From: Verrucomicrobiaceae bacterium
GTDB taxonomy: Bacteria > Verrucomicrobiota > Verrucomicrobiia > Verrucomicrobiales > Verrucomicrobiaceae
Assembly: GCA_947466075.1 (NCBI GenBank)
Contig: CANIBP010000007.1
Location: forward strand, 9,272 to 73,271
DNA length: 64,000 nucleotides
Reading direction: 5' to 3'
Below, piece after piece: positions 52,965 through 61,695 of the stretch. The position numbers and the translations under genes were made by a program. The notes beneath the pieces were generated by a model. It saw nothing but the letters and a program-made list of their open reading frames with translations, was not told the origin of the DNA and did not search any database. Every line of letters starts with the position of its first letter. Positions within the stretch are counted from its first letter, which is position 1.

Positions 52965-53873
52965 TCAGATGGTTTTCTTCGGCACCGGAGGCGGCGCGGC
53001 AGGCGGAGCTGGGACGGCAACGGGTGGCGGCGAGATTTTGCCGCGAAACTTTTCAAACATGGCGAGATCAAGTACGCCGCGACCAGGAATGGGCAGCTTT
53101 CCAACGCGCACCTTGTATTCGTTATCCGCACGACCGGCACCGTTGTTGAAAGCGCCCTGGCCATCGTCTCGAATCAAGAATAGCACGAGTGACTTTGGGT
53201 TCTTCGCCACTTCGGTGAGGAAATGATTGTAGGCCACATCGGCGACGACAACCTCGGCAGTGGCACTGAGACGATAATCCTCACCCCAAGCACCCAGAAT
53301 TTTCAAAGCGCCTGCACTGGCCTCGACGAAATAGACTTTCGTATCCGGTGCCATGCCGCTGCCGGAAGGCTGCACGATGACCGGCGGCACTTTTTTGTCC
53401 GGTGGCACCTCGCGTTTTTTGAGTTCGGCCATGAGCAGCGCGATTTCTTTCTTGCTGTCGAGCTGCTGCTTTTTCATGCCCTCGATTTCGAGCAGCAAAC
53501 CATCCAGCTCCTTCTGCATTTTCTGGCTGATCTTGAGGTTGGCCTCCTGGATGTCCTTCGAGGTTGAGAGCAACTTATAGAGCTTGATGTAGCGCTGCTG
53601 TTTTTCGTCGATCTGCTTCTGCAACTCATCAAGTGTGGCGAGTTTTTCCTTGAGCACGACCTCCTGCGCCTTCACTTCCACAATCTCTTTGCGCATGCGT
53701 TTGGCCGCCTGAGCCTGCTGAATTTCCTCTTCCGTGCGTCCTTCGGTCTGCTGTGTCTGTGAAACACATAGCACAACGATGATGAGAATCAGCACACCAA
53801 TGAGCGAGCACAGGATATCCAGAAACGGGACCAGGAGGATCTCGTCTTTGGCGGCATGACGGCGCTTTGCCAT
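52965..53873 (-). CDS. ExbD/TolR-like single-pass membrane protein with long coiled coil (302 aa)
   Basis: N-terminus MAKRRHAAKDEILLVPFLDILCSLIGVLILIIVV (TM with Asp19). ~120 aa of coiled coil. An ExbD-like C-domain (KVYFVEASAGALKILG...LVLFLIRDDGQGAF). A Pro-rich tail. Confidence 0.7.
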   Translation of the reverse strand: MAKRRHAAKDEILLVPFLDILCSLIGVLILIIVVLCVSQTQQTEGRTEEEIQQAQAAKRMRKEIVEVKAQEVVLKEKLATLDELQKQIDEKQQRYIKLYKLLSTSKDIQEANLKISQKMQKELDGLLLEIEGMKKQQLDSKKEIALLMAELKKREVPPDKKVPPVIVQPSGSGMAPDTKVYFVEASAGALKILGAWGEDYRLSATAEVVVADVAYNHFLTEVAKNPKSLVLFLIRDDGQGAFNNGAGRADNEYKVRVGKLPIPGRGVLDLAMFEKFRGKISPPPVAVPAPPAAPPPVPKKTI

Positions 53874-53908
53874 AACGATTCAGAAATGAATGGTGAAACG
53901 AGCGTGAG

Positions 53909-55348
53909 TCACGACTTGCTGAACCAGCCCTTCTTTTTGACTTGGTGAATGAGAATCTGCTTCCCGCCCAACTCCGAGAGCAGGTTGTTCAAAGATTGAA
54001 TGCCGCTGGCGAGTGCCCGGGTGTAATCTGTGGTCGATTTGACACTGTCATTCACTGCATTGGTCATGTCTTCGCGCATGCGGTTCAAGGTAATGGCAAA
54101 CTCGGAATCCACCCGCTGCTGGTGCGCAGCAGCACGTTTATCCAGGTTATCGGCCTGCTCTTTGATCTGTTTGGAGAGTGAGTTGAGATCGACGAGGAAA
54201 TCTTTCTGAGCGTTCGCCACGGCTTTGACCAGCGTGTCCATGATCCCGGTAGTGTCGCCACCGGCAATGCTGCCACCGTCATTGAGCCGAGGGAGAAGCA
54301 CTTCATTGCAGAATGAGTCGATGTCATTGAGGCAGTCATCCTCGGCCTTCATCATGGTGTTCAGCGGGAAATTCAGGAACATGGCGAGCACGAGGCCAAG
54401 CAACGTCGCATCGAAGGCCGTGCCCAGACCACCAGTCACTTTACCCAGCGTGCTGGTGACTTCTTTAAGATCGGTCATGTTGCCGAAATTCATGCCACCG
54501 ATAGCGTGGGAGAGTCCAATAACGGTGCCGATGAAGCCGAGGATGGGAATCGCCCACAGGAATGCTTTGAGCAGCGCGTAACTGCCACCGATGCGCATGC
54601 TGTCGATGTCCGACTGGCTGGAGAGCATGTTCGACACATCCCCCGCGTTTTGCTTCACCTCGAAGAGCTCCAACGCCTTGCGAATGCGGTTCACCATCAT
54701 GCTGTCGCGCAGGCGATGAGGCAATTTGTAGAGATTATCGATGAACTGGCCCACGTTGTCGCGGTTGATCTCCGCACCCATCTCCCACGGCAGCACATCG
54801 AGCAGCAGAGCTTTGCGCTGATGGCTGAGCTTTTGCAGCTTCAAGTAGAGAATCGACATGGCCCAAGTGAAGAACAGCGTGTTCGTGAAGCTGACCAGCA
54901 TGTGCTTGTAGAACAACGATGCTACGAACTGCATGCCTGTGTAAGTGGCCGGCGAGGTGCCTTCTGGCGCCTGGAATGGAAACAGAATGCCCACCCAGGC
55001 CAGAAACAGCACGAAGCCGATGGCGAAGCTCAAAAAGCCGTTCGGATTCGTCGGGTCGATCTCCTCCCAGCCACCACGCTCACCGCGTTCACTGCCACTG
55101 CTAGTAGGAAGTGGCTGCTCCGGCGCCGAAGTTCCGTGCTCATATTCGGCACCAAAGGCATCATTGTCCGCCGGAGGCGGACTCACCTCACTCGGAGCGG
55201 GCAGGCCGGAAGGCGGAGGCGGCGTAGCGGACACAACAGCCGTAGGGATGCTCAGCTTCGAGTTGCAGCCGGGGCAGCGGACGATTTTACCGGCCATTTC
55301 GGGCTCGGCCTTGAGCTGCATGTCGCAGTATGGGCATTTGAACGTCAC
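53909..55348 (-). CDS. Zn-ribbon-fused MotA/TolQ/ExbB-family proton-channel protein
   Basis: N-terminal CPYC-x17-CPGC ribbon and a Pro-rich linker. Two N-terminal TMs. The MotA_ExbB signature pair LWAIPILGFIGTVIGLSHAIG and GLGTAFDATLLGLVLAMFLNFP. A ~130-aa helical C-terminal tail. Confidence 0.8.
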   Translation of the reverse strand: MTFKCPYCDMQLKAEPEMAGKIVRCPGCNSKLSIPTAVVSATPPPPSGLPAPSEVSPPPADNDAFGAEYEHGTSAPEQPLPTSSGSERGERGGWEEIDPTNPNGFLSFAIGFVLFLAWVGILFPFQAPEGTSPATYTGMQFVASLFYKHMLVSFTNTLFFTWAMSILYLKLQKLSHQRKALLLDVLPWEMGAEINRDNVGQFIDNLYKLPHRLRDSMMVNRIRKALELFEVKQNAGDVSNMLSSQSDIDSMRIGGSYALLKAFLWAIPILGFIGTVIGLSHAIGGMNFGNMTDLKEVTSTLGKVTGGLGTAFDATLLGLVLAMFLNFPLNTMMKAEDDCLNDIDSFCNEVLLPRLNDGGSIAGGDTTGIMDTLVKAVANAQKDFLVDLNSLSKQIKEQADNLDKRAAAHQQRVDSEFAITLNRMREDMTNAVNDSVKSTTDYTRALASGIQSLNNLLSELGGKQILIHQVKKKGWFSKS

Positions 55349-55523
55349 GTGTGATTTCCTCCAGGGTGAATGAGAATTGAAATAGACGAGTCAGTACGTA
55401 GCGGAAAGCCAACTCCATCGACAAGAAGATTCTTGGGATGAAATCACTTTGTTGGTTTCTGGAGCGGCTGTTTCGCACAAATCCTTGCCATTGGCTCCCC
55501 CTGCCGCTTACATCTGCCTGCCC

Positions 55524-58500
55524 ATGTCTGCCGACCTCCCCGCTGCACTCGAGAAATTTGTCAGCTTCGCCCAGTCGCTTAAAGGTGACGAGAAGGGCGA
55601 GGCACCGATCTATCTCAACGCGCTGTTCCAGGCCTTCGGCCATGATGGCACGCAGCAGGCCGGGGCCACACATGAGCACCGCATCGCCAAAGGTGCCGGG
55701 GCGAAGGGCAAGAACTTCGCCGACCTGCTCTGGCCGCAGCGTGTGTTGTTCGAGATGAAGTCACGCGGCGTGAAGCTTGAGCGCCATTACGACCAAGCCT
55801 TTGACTACTGGACGCACATCGTCCCACACCGCCCGCCGTATGTCGTGCTGTGCAACTTCGATGAGTTCTGGATCTACGACTTCAACCAGCAGCTCTTTGA
55901 TCCCGTCGATAAGATCAAACTGGCAGACCTACCGCAGCGCTGGAGCGCGCTTGCCTTCCTGCTGCCGCATGAACAGAAGCCGTTGTTCGCGAACAATCGC
56001 GTCGAAGTCACCCGCAAGGCCGCCGCGAAGCTGGCGGAGCTGTTCCGGGCGCTGTTGCAGCGTGGCGAGGATCGTGCGCGGGCGCAGCGCTTCGTGCTGC
56101 AACTGCTCGTCGCCCTCGTGTCCGAAGACATGGGCCTGCTGCCCGATTTCATCCTCAGTCGTCTCATTCAAGAGTGCCGGGAGCAAAAGCTGAGCACGTT
56201 TGATCTAATCGGCGGCCTGTTCCGGCAGATGAACAGCGACAAACCCGCTCCTGGTGGCCGGTTCCAAGGCGTGCCGTATTTCAACGGCGGTTTGTTTGCC
56301 GACATCGACGCGCTGGACCTCAGCCGTGACGAGATCACGATCCTCGAACAGGCTGCCGACTTCGACTGGAGCATGGTGAAGCCGGAAATCTTCGGCACAC
56401 TGTTTCAGGCCAGCATGGACGATGGCAGCGCGAGCGGACGCGATGAACGTCATGCCTTCGGTGCTCACTTCACCAGTGAGTTCGACATTCAGAAAGTCGT
56501 CGGCCCCACCATCGTGCGGCCATGGCGCGAGCGCATGGCGAAGGTCTGGAACAAAGTCGGCCAGCTCAAGGAAGTGCTGCGTGACCTGCGCCTCTACCGC
56601 GTGCTCGATCCCGCCTGCGGCTCCGGCAATTTCCTCTATGTGGCCTATCGTGAACTGAAACGTCTGGAGCGCGAAATCCTCCTGCGACTCTCCGAGATCA
56701 GCAAAGGCGAGCCGCTGGAGACCGCCGTGTCGATTCATCAATTCTACGGTCTCGACATCATGCCCTTCGCCGTGGAACTCGCCAAGGTCACGCTCATGCT
56801 CGCCAAAGAACAGGAAGTGCGTGAAGCCGCCAAACTTCAGGATAGCGACGGCCTCCTCGTGCTCGAACAGCCGCTCCCGCTCGACAATCTCGACAAGAAC
56901 ATCGTCTGCGCGGATGCGCTGTTCACGGAGTGGCCGAAAGCGGACGCGATCATTGGCAATCCGCCGTATCTCGGAGCGAAGCTGCTCAAGCCTGAATACG
57001 GTCCCGATTATGTGAAGAAGCTGCGCAAAGCTTATCCCGAGATGCCAGGCATGGCAGACTTCTGCGTGTATTGGTTTCGCAAGGCACATGCCGCGTTGGA
57101 GGAATGCACAGAGGAAAACTCATGCGGCGGGAGAGCCGGGCTGGTTGGAACCCAGAACGTTCGCAACAACTACTCCCGCATCGGCGGCCTCGATTACATC
57201 GTCCGCGATGGCACCATCATCGAAGCAATCGACAATCAAGACTGGTCCGGCGAAGCCAAGGTGCATGTCTCGATTGTGAATTGGGTGAAGACGCAGAACC
57301 CCACTTTGCTGCCAGCCAAACGAATCATCTGGTCCAGAGTTGATCCTGCCAAGGGCAGCCGTCGCAAGGACGCCACCTCAACTGAAGGCAGCTCGCTCGA
57401 TTTGCGTGAGGTTGATCACATTAACTCGGCGCTGTCCGATGCAGTCGATGTGAGTGTGCTGGGTCCGCTGGCGGCAAACACCAAGCCGCAGCGCTGCTTC
57501 AACGGTCAGATGATCGGTCATGAAGGCTTCCTGATGTCTGCTGACGAACGCGAAAAGATGGTCACGCTCGAACCAAACACCCTGTGCGTGACTTACCCTT
57601 ACCTAAATGGCATGGACGCGCTCACGGGTGCCAGGCTTGATCGGTTCGTCATCGACTTTGAACAGCGGGACCGCTTTGAAGCAGAGGAATACCGGCTGGC
57701 GCTTCAACGCATTCGTGAGCGTGTCCTGCCAGATCGACAACGAAAAGCGGAGGAAGGAAAAGATGCTGACGGGAAGGTCCGATCACACCACAAGGCATTC
57801 CTGGCCCGCTGGTGGCAGCTATCCTTCGGCAGGCCGGAGATGCTGGCAGCCATCAAGCCACTAAACCGCTTCATGGCCTGTGCGTATGTGACCAAGCGCC
57901 CGATCTTCATGTTTGTCTCCACTTCTGTGAGACCGAGCAATCTGATCCAAGTATTCACCTTCGAGGACGATTACAGCTTTGGAATTCTGCAAAGCACCCT
58001 GCACTGGGTTTGGTTCACGACGAAATGTGGCAAGCTCAAGTCGGACTTCCGCTACAGCGCAGAATCTGTCTTCGACACCTTCCCCTGGCCGCAACATCCA
58101 ACACTGGCACAAATTGAAGCTGTTGCTGTTGCCGCCGTGGCAGTGCGCACACTGCGCCACGAGATCATGCAAAAGCTCGACTACTCGCTGCGTGAGCTTT
58201 ATCGCACACTCGAAGACCCCGGCGAAAACCCACTACGCAGCGCCCACGCCCGACTCGATGACGCGGTGCGTGCCGCGTATGGCATGCCGAAGGATGCGGA
58301 CATCCTCCAATTCCTTCTCGACCTCAACCTTGCCCTCGCGGCCAAGGAAAAGGCGGGTGAGCCGATCACGCCGCCTGGTCTGCCGCTGCCCCAAAGCGAG
58401 CATGCCCGATTCGTCACCGAAGACTGCATCAAGGCGGACCTCATCGACGGTGGCACCGATGAATCTCGCGCCGCTGCGGCTCACTTCCACAGCTCCATCG

Positions 58501-58529
58501 TGCAGGAAGAGCCGGCGAAATATGGTTGA
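55524..58529 (+). CDS. MmeI-like Type IIL restriction-modification enzyme (fused PD-ExK nuclease + N6-adenine methyltransferase + TRD)
   Basis: D-x9-E-x-K motif DLLWPQRVLFEMKSRG (55722-55760). SAM motif I VLDPACGSGNFLY. Motif IV IIGNPPYLG (NPPY at 56958-56969). A long C-terminal region. The start is placed at MSADLPAALEKF. Confidence 0.8.
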   Translation: MSADLPAALEKFVSFAQSLKGDEKGEAPIYLNALFQAFGHDGTQQAGATHEHRIAKGAGAKGKNFADLLWPQRVLFEMKSRGVKLERHYDQAFDYWTHIVPHRPPYVVLCNFDEFWIYDFNQQLFDPVDKIKLADLPQRWSALAFLLPHEQKPLFANNRVEVTRKAAAKLAELFRALLQRGEDRARAQRFVLQLLVALVSEDMGLLPDFILSRLIQECREQKLSTFDLIGGLFRQMNSDKPAPGGRFQGVPYFNGGLFADIDALDLSRDEITILEQAADFDWSMVKPEIFGTLFQASMDDGSASGRDERHAFGAHFTSEFDIQKVVGPTIVRPWRERMAKVWNKVGQLKEVLRDLRLYRVLDPACGSGNFLYVAYRELKRLEREILLRLSEISKGEPLETAVSIHQFYGLDIMPFAVELAKVTLMLAKEQEVREAAKLQDSDGLLVLEQPLPLDNLDKNIVCADALFTEWPKADAIIGNPPYLGAKLLKPEYGPDYVKKLRKAYPEMPGMADFCVYWFRKAHAALEECTEENSCGGRAGLVGTQNVRNNYSRIGGLDYIVRDGTIIEAIDNQDWSGEAKVHVSIVNWVKTQNPTLLPAKRIIWSRVDPAKGSRRKDATSTEGSSLDLREVDHINSALSDAVDVSVLGPLAANTKPQRCFNGQMIGHEGFLMSADEREKMVTLEPNTLCVTYPYLNGMDALTGARLDRFVIDFEQRDRFEAEEYRLALQRIRERVLPDRQRKAEEGKDADGKVRSHHKAFLARWWQLSFGRPEMLAAIKPLNRFMACAYVTKRPIFMFVSTSVRPSNLIQVFTFEDDYSFGILQSTLHWVWFTTKCGKLKSDFRYSAESVFDTFPWPQHPTLAQIEAVAVAAVAVRTLRHEIMQKLDYSLRELYRTLEDPGENPLRSAHARLDDAVRAAYGMPKDADILQFLLDLNLALAAKEKAGEPITPPGLPLPQSEHARFVTEDCIKADLIDGGTDESRAAAAHFHSSIVQEEPAKYG

Positions 58530-58538
58530 GCTTGCTTG

Positions 58539-59384
58539 CTACAGCAGTTCTTCCACAAACCGCTTCGAATCGAAGGGTTGGAAGTCTTCGACACGTTCGC
58601 CGAGGCCGATGAAGCGGGTGGGGACGCCGAGTTCCTGCTGGATGGCGACGAGAATGCCGCCTTTGCCGCTGCCGTCGAGCTTGGTGACGATGAGTCCCGT
58701 CAGCGGGATGGCTTTATTAAATTCGCGGGCCTGCTGGAGCGCGTTGGAGCCGGTGGTGGCATCGACGACGAGCAGAACCTCATGCGGCGAGGTGTCATCT
58801 TTGCGGCCAAGGATGCGGTGAATCTTCTTCAACTCCTCCATGAGGTTATGCTTCGTGTGAAGGCGTCCGGCTGTGTCGCAGATGAAGAAATCCGCCTGTG
58901 TTTTGAGGGCGAGTTCGTAGCCTTCAAAGCAGACGGAGGCGGGATCACCATTTGGCGGGCCTTTGACGAGCGGAATCTTCAAGCGCTCGGACCAAACGGT
59001 GAGCTGCTCGACAGCGGCGGCGCGAAAGGTATCTGCCGCAGCGAGAACGACCTTGTGGCCGTGTTGATGCAGGATATGTGCGAGCTTGGCGGTGCTGGTG
59101 GTCTTCCCAGTGCCATTCACGCCCACCATGAGAAGCACTTTAGGCTTTCCAGCGATGGGATCGAGTGCTGGAACCGTTGCGGGAAGGATCTGACGCACGT
59201 GCTCGCGTGTGACCTGCACGATGTCTGTTCCATGCAGAGTGCGCTGACGTGATTTGAGGTCTTCGACGATCTGCAACGCGAGACGCGGACCGAGATCGCC
59301 CGCGATGAGGGATGCTTCGAGATCATCCCAGTCGATGTCGGGCTTGGTGAAGCGCTGGAGGAGGGATTTGAAGAAGCCGGCCAT
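58539..59384 (-). CDS. ftsY: signal recognition particle receptor FtsY (short form)
   Basis: GVNGTGKTTSTAKLA P-loop, DTAGRLH and TKLDGSGKGG SRP-GTPase motifs. Confidence 0.95.
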   Translation of the reverse strand: MAGFFKSLLQRFTKPDIDWDDLEASLIAGDLGPRLALQIVEDLKSRQRTLHGTDIVQVTREHVRQILPATVPALDPIAGKPKVLLMVGVNGTGKTTSTAKLAHILHQHGHKVVLAAADTFRAAAVEQLTVWSERLKIPLVKGPPNGDPASVCFEGYELALKTQADFFICDTAGRLHTKHNLMEELKKIHRILGRKDDTSPHEVLLVVDATTGSNALQQAREFNKAIPLTGLIVTKLDGSGKGGILVAIQQELGVPTRFIGLGERVEDFQPFDSKRFVEELL

Positions 59385-59828
59385 CTACTCGGGATTTGCG
59401 ATTGAAGGTTTGGAATTTGAGACGGGCCGCAATGCCCTGGCCAGCTTGTCGAGGACACCATTGACGAAAGAACCGGATTCACCGGCACTGAGGGCTTTGG
59501 CAATGTCGATGGCTTCGTTGAGGATGACGGGTGCGGGCACGTCGGGGCAGTGCAGCAACTCGTAGGCGGCAAGGCGCAGCACATTGCGATCCACGGCGGC
59601 GAGACGCTCGATGCGGAAATTTACGACGATGCTCATGATATGCTCGTCGATCTCACTTTGATGCTCGATGACACCCTTGATGAGGCTTTCGGCATAGGCT
59701 CGGGTGGAGGTTTTGGCGCTGTGGAGCGTCCAGAAGACATCGGCGTCTTCGGGTTTGGTCTCACCTTGAAGATCACGAGCAAAGAGGAATTGAATGGCGG
59801 CTTCGCGGCCGTCGCGGCGTTTTCCCAT
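59385..59828 (-). CDS. nusB: transcription antitermination factor NusB
   Basis: RRDGREAAIQFLF, DRNVLRLAAYELL and INEAIDIAK blocks. The start is placed at MGKRRDG to avoid overlap with ribH (the track start is 59861). Confidence 0.9.
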   Translation of the reverse strand: MGKRRDGREAAIQFLFARDLQGETKPEDADVFWTLHSAKTSTRAYAESLIKGVIEHQSEIDEHIMSIVVNFRIERLAAVDRNVLRLAAYELLHCPDVPAPVILNEAIDIAKALSAGESGSFVNGVLDKLARALRPVSNSKPSIANPE

Positions 59829-59832
59829 GAGG

Positions 59833-60336
59833 TTAGGCGTGGTCGATGGGTTCGCCGGCAAAGCTGGCTTTCATTTTACCGAAGAGATTGATCATTTTGA
59901 CGCAGGTTTGGGCAGCTTCTGTGCCGCGGTTGATGGTAGTGCCAAGGCAGCGTTCCTCGGCCTGCTCTTCGCTGCTGACGAGCAGCACTTCATGAATGAC
60001 AGGGATGCAATGCCTCACCGCCATCTGCTGCAAAGCATCGGTCACAGAAGCACCCACGAGATCCGCATGCTCAGTGGAGCCACGAATGATGACGCCGAGA
60101 GCAATGACGGCATCAGGCGCACTGCCACGCAGCACATGCTCAGTGCAGACAGGAATTTCAAACGCACCAGGCACGCGATAGACATCGATGGAGGCATTCG
60201 GTGCGATGATTTCGATTTCTTCTTTGGCAGCATTGAGCAAGCCTTGAACGAAGGTGTTATTATACAAGGAAGCGACGATCGCGATACTGATCGGCTCCTG
60301 AGTGGGACGTGGGCGACTGGAGGCGGCGTTGGACAT
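59833..60336 (-). CDS. ribH: 6,7-dimethyl-8-ribityllumazine synthase
   Basis: IAIVASLYNNTFVQGLL, VPGAFEIP and ALGVIIRGSTEHADLV blocks. The start is placed at MSNAASS (cat 60334-60336); the track's upstream extension overlaps ribBA. Confidence 0.9.
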   Translation of the reverse strand: MSNAASSRPRPTQEPISIAIVASLYNNTFVQGLLNAAKEEIEIIAPNASIDVYRVPGAFEIPVCTEHVLRGSAPDAVIALGVIIRGSTEHADLVGASVTDALQQMAVRHCIPVIHEVLLVSSEEQAEERCLGTTINRGTEAAQTCVKMINLFGKMKASFAGEPIDHA

Positions 60337-60340
60337 GTGG

Positions 60341-61555
60341 CTAGAGTTTGTGGCCCATTTTCTTCTTCTTGGTTTCGAGGTAGCGGGCGTTTTCGGGCTT
60401 CGGCACCGATTTGACTGGCACTTGCTCGACGATTTCGAGTTTGTGACCTTCGAGGCCGACAACTTTGCGCGGGTTGTTGGTCATGAGCAGGATTTTGCGC
60501 ACGCCGAGGTCGGAGATGATCTGCGCGCCGATACCGTAGTCACGAAGGTCCATGGGGAAGCCGAGTTTGAGATTGGCTTCAACGGTATCGAGGCCCTGCT
60601 CTTGGAGCTTGTAGGCCATGATCTTGCCATGCAGGCCAATCCCACGTCCTTCGTGGCCGCGCATGTAAACAATGATCCCCTTCCCTGCCTTGGCGATTTG
60701 TTGCATCGCGGCATGAAGCTGGCTGCCGCAGTCGCAACGACGGGAGGCGAAGATGTCTCCCGTGAGGCATTCGCTATGCACACGCACCAGCGTCGGCTCG
60801 CCGGGAGTGATGTCGCCCATGACGAGGGCGATGTGATGCACGCCATCGAGGCTGCTCTTGTAGAGATGCAGTTTGAAAACACCGAAATCGGTGGGCATGT
60901 CCACAACCTCGATTTTTTCGACCATCTTCTCACTAAGACGGCGATACGCGATGAGATCGGCGATGCTGCCCATCTTGAGACCGTGCTTCTTCGCGAATTT
61001 CTTCAGGTCAGGCAGACGCGCCATGGTCCCGTCGGGATTCATGATCTCGATGAGCACACCGGCTTCACGCAAACCGGCGAGGCGTGCAAGATCGACAGCG
61101 GCTTCGGTATGACCGGCACGACGCAGCACACCACCGGGCTTGGCGACGAGCGGATTGATATGACCGGGCTGCACCAGGTCTGTGGCGGTGCTTTTCGGAT
61201 CAGCCAGCAACCGAATCGTACGCGTGCGGTCGGCGGCACTGATGCCGGTGGAGATGCCTTTGGCAGCATCAACGGTGACGGTGAAGTCGGTGCGGAAGGC
61301 CTCACGATTTTCCGGCACCATGCTGGCGAGATTGAGGCGCTGGGCGATATCGAGCGAAACAGGCACGCAGAGCATGCCACCGCCTTGGCGCACCATGAAG
61401 TTCACCATCTCGGCGGTGATTTTTTCGGCGGCACAGATGAGATCACCTTCGTTTTCGCGGTCTTCGTCGTCGGTGACGATGACCATGCGTCCAGCACGGA
61501 TGTCTGCGATGACAGACGCCATGGAGTCAAAGACGGGTTCCTTTTTACGAGGCAT
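60341..61555 (-). CDS. ribBA: bifunctional 3,4-dihydroxy-2-butanone-4-phosphate synthase / GTP cyclohydrolase II
   Basis: DDEDRENEGDL and HTEAAVDLARLAG (RibB). VRVHSECLTGD, RCDCG and YMRGHEGRGIGL (RibA). Confidence 0.95.
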   Translation of the reverse strand: MPRKKEPVFDSMASVIADIRAGRMVIVTDDEDRENEGDLICAAEKITAEMVNFMVRQGGGMLCVPVSLDIAQRLNLASMVPENREAFRTDFTVTVDAAKGISTGISAADRTRTIRLLADPKSTATDLVQPGHINPLVAKPGGVLRRAGHTEAAVDLARLAGLREAGVLIEIMNPDGTMARLPDLKKFAKKHGLKMGSIADLIAYRRLSEKMVEKIEVVDMPTDFGVFKLHLYKSSLDGVHHIALVMGDITPGEPTLVRVHSECLTGDIFASRRCDCGSQLHAAMQQIAKAGKGIIVYMRGHEGRGIGLHGKIMAYKLQEQGLDTVEANLKLGFPMDLRDYGIGAQIISDLGVRKILLMTNNPRKVVGLEGHKLEIVEQVPVKSVPKPENARYLETKKKKMGHKL

Positions 61556-61695
61556 GGGAGAGGTGGAAAAGAGCCAATACCGCTGATGGCGGCGTTCGGG
61601 GGGGGGGCAATCATTTAGCGGGTTGGGGCAGCTTTTCCAGCGCGAGCTTGGTTTTTCGTTGCTGCCGAGGAGGGGGAGCGAGTAGAGTTGTCCCC

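Noticed and set aside
51420-55348. Calling the stator-like trio a Zorya system
   Set aside because: The MotA-like protein lacks the very long ZorA tail. Neither small subunit has an OmpA-like peptidoglycan-binding domain like ZorB. No ZorC/ZorD/ZorE-type genes (helicase or nuclease) are adjacent. Only the general logic is similar.
55524-58529. Interpreting the large methyltransferase as BREX PglX
   Set aside because: It has an N-terminal D...ExK nuclease motif like MmeI. None of the BREX partners (BrxA/B/C, PglZ, BrxL) is present in the flanking 10 kb.
61556-61695. An FMN (RFN) riboswitch expected upstream of ribBA
   Set aside because: I read the 140-nt leader on the minus strand. I found none of the conserved RFN core strings or the multi-stem layout as I remember them. 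The region is too short and is dominated by a C10 run. A covariance-model scan (Rfam RF00050) would settle it.
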